From assembly GCA_002269645.1 (NCBI GenBank), contig NIVC01002240.1:147087-190543 (forward strand): DNA of 43,457 nucleotides, given 5' to 3'. Below are positions 42,201 through 43,457 of the stretch, piece by piece (position 1 is the stretch's first letter; each line of letters opens with the position of its first letter). The position numbers and the translations under genes are program-made. The notes beneath the pieces were generated by a model. It worked only from the letters and a program-made list of their open reading frames with translations. It ran no database searches and had not been told where the DNA came from. Source of the stretch: Macrostomum lignano. Its lineage: Eukaryota.

Positions 42201-43144
42201 CTAAGGAATTGAGTAAACATTGCAGTGGAGTCCTCTCTGATGCTTGATTGATGTGGTGGATGCTAGTAGACAGCGGATAGAGAACAGGAGTAGACAGCGG
42301 ATAGAGAACAGGAGTAGACAGTGGATAGAGAACAGGAGTAGATAGCGGATAGAGAACAGGAGTAGACAGCGGATAGAGAACAGGAGTAGATAGCGGATAG
42401 AGAACAGGAGTAGATAGCGGATAGAGAACAGGAGTAGATAGCGGATAGAGAACAGGAGTAGATAGCGGATAGAGAACAGGAGTAGATAGCGGATAGAGGA
42501 CAGGAGTAGATAGCGGATAGAGGACAGGAGTAGACAGCGGATAGAGGACAGGAGTAGACAGCGGATAGAGGACAGGAGTAGACAGCGGATAGAGAACAGG
42601 AGTAGACAGCGGATAGAGGACAGGAGTAGACAGTGGATAGAGAACAGGAGTAGACAGCGGATAGAGAACAGGAGTAGACAGCGGATAGAGAACAGGAGTA
42701 GAGAGCGGATAGAGAACAGGAGTAGAGAGCGGATAGAGAACAGGAGTAGACAGCGGATAGAGAACCGGAGTAGACAGCGGATAGAGAACCGGAGTAGACA
42801 GCGGATAGAGAACCGGAGTAGACAGCGGATAGAGAACAGGAGTAGACAGCGGATAGAGAACAGGAGTAGACAGTGGATAAAGAACAATAGACAGTCAGAG
42901 ACAAAAACAGCATGGCCAACAGCTGGTAAATCAATTAATTTCGCACCTGGCGCCCTGGACGAGCCGGCAAGCCGGAACGCGCTGCCCTTGATGACTTCGG
43001 CCATCAGCTGTCCCGTGGTGGCGCTGTAAGCCAACCCCAGGAACAGCTCAGGCTGGCTGCTCACGCCGAGGCCGCCGCTGCCGCCGCCGCCGCCTCCAGC
43101 GACCTGATTGCTGCTGCAGGTCTCTGAGTAGCCCGTGTCGAGCC
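39237..43144 (-). CDS. Synaptotagmin-14/16-like protein, C2B-encoding 3' exons (43144-42947, 39641-39429, 39349-39237); gene continues beyond the right edge
   Basis: Spliced product PELFLGLAYSATTGQLMAEVIKGS...RAPDTFVKL...NPMWKENFVY...KRRHLIGCFALGRGGLGEEEKSHWQDMTEARGEQICRWHRL matches my recollection of the SYT14/16 C2B C-terminus. GT-AG sites are in compatible phase. Confidence 0.9.
39750..41660. repeat. Intronic minisatellite, 20-bp unit AAATGAGGGTGTTGTACCAG, roughly 95 copies with shortened variants
   Basis: Visible tandem array; it produces the spurious 856-aa and 684-aa ORFs. Confidence 0.97.
41684..41901 (+). mobile_element. 5'-truncated RTE-like LINE 3' end with (TTG)n tail and 11-bp TSD
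   Basis: TTGTAGCAGAA at 41673-41683 and 41902-41912. It encodes GPEVLLLKLQGPRRRG...DAGAPDQAGG...RRAL-stop, followed by TTG repeats. Confidence 0.7.
42266..42885. repeat. Intronic minisatellite, 24-bp unit TAGACAGCGGATAGAGAACAGGAG, about 25 copies
   Basis: Visible tandem array giving 8-aa periodic pseudo-ORFs (LLLFSIRC). Confidence 0.97.
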
Positions 43145-43457
43145 CTGTTAAAGCAAAAAAGCAAAACCACTGTGAGAACTGATAATGGTATTACATTAGC
43201 GCTTCTCACTTAATCAAAACTACCTGGTAACTGTCGTCGGACTCGAGATCGCTGTCCTGCTCTGTTGGCTCCTGCATCGGGTACCTCTCTTTCTCTCTCC
43301 TGTGGTCCCTGCCTCTGGCTTACAGGCCCTACAAACAGGTGCTTGCGCCAACTCCGGTGGCCTGCTCACTGTGGATCAGCGCAACCGGAGGGCGACAGGA
43401 ATTTTTATAGAGAAAAAAGCGCTGGCTTGGAACTGCGGAGCGAGACTGGCCGCCCCG

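Noticed and set aside
33318-42885. CRISPR-like arrays
   Set aside because: The units are head-to-tail with no unique spacers, there are no cas genes, and the context is eukaryotic.
42201-43064. 287-aa ORF as a real C2-plus-repeat protein
   Set aside because: Only the part down to 42947 is exon. A GT donor in correct phase joins it to 39641, and the rest is 24-bp repeat.
43226-43290. Possible further synaptotagmin exon
   Set aside because: A phase-compatible donor exists, but I see no recognisable homology or clear acceptor.

Overview
This is eukaryotic (animal) genomic DNA with spliceosomal introns; the gene and repeat style suggests a flatworm such as Macrostomum, which is inference only. 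Left to right: (1) an almost complete Ty3/Gypsy LTR retrotransposon on the minus strand (~372-7910) inside an intron of an ABCC/MRP gene; (2) the 3' exons of that gene; (3) a transposon-rich spacer with an internally deleted Tc1/IS630-type element, SINE-like and RTE fragments and a decayed Gypsy; (4) a second, complete ABCC/MRP gene; (5) two tandem SLC10 genes on the minus strand; (6) two minisatellites, one G-quadruplex-prone, and an orphan polyQ ORF; (7) the 3' exons of a synaptotagmin-14/16-like gene with two more minisatellites in one intron. The most interesting signal is missed by the ORF track because it lies upstream of the called start. The Gypsy pol frame opens at a canonical U_UUA_AAC -1 frameshift site plus GC hairpin, and it encodes a ~70-aa cold-shock domain (WYN, RGYGFL, DIFFHV) and a long coiled coil before the protease. 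The Gag-Pol fusion would therefore pair a CCHC knuckle with a cold-shock domain, the same two RNA-binding module types found in Lin28. All calls come from manual reading and translation; no database searches were run.
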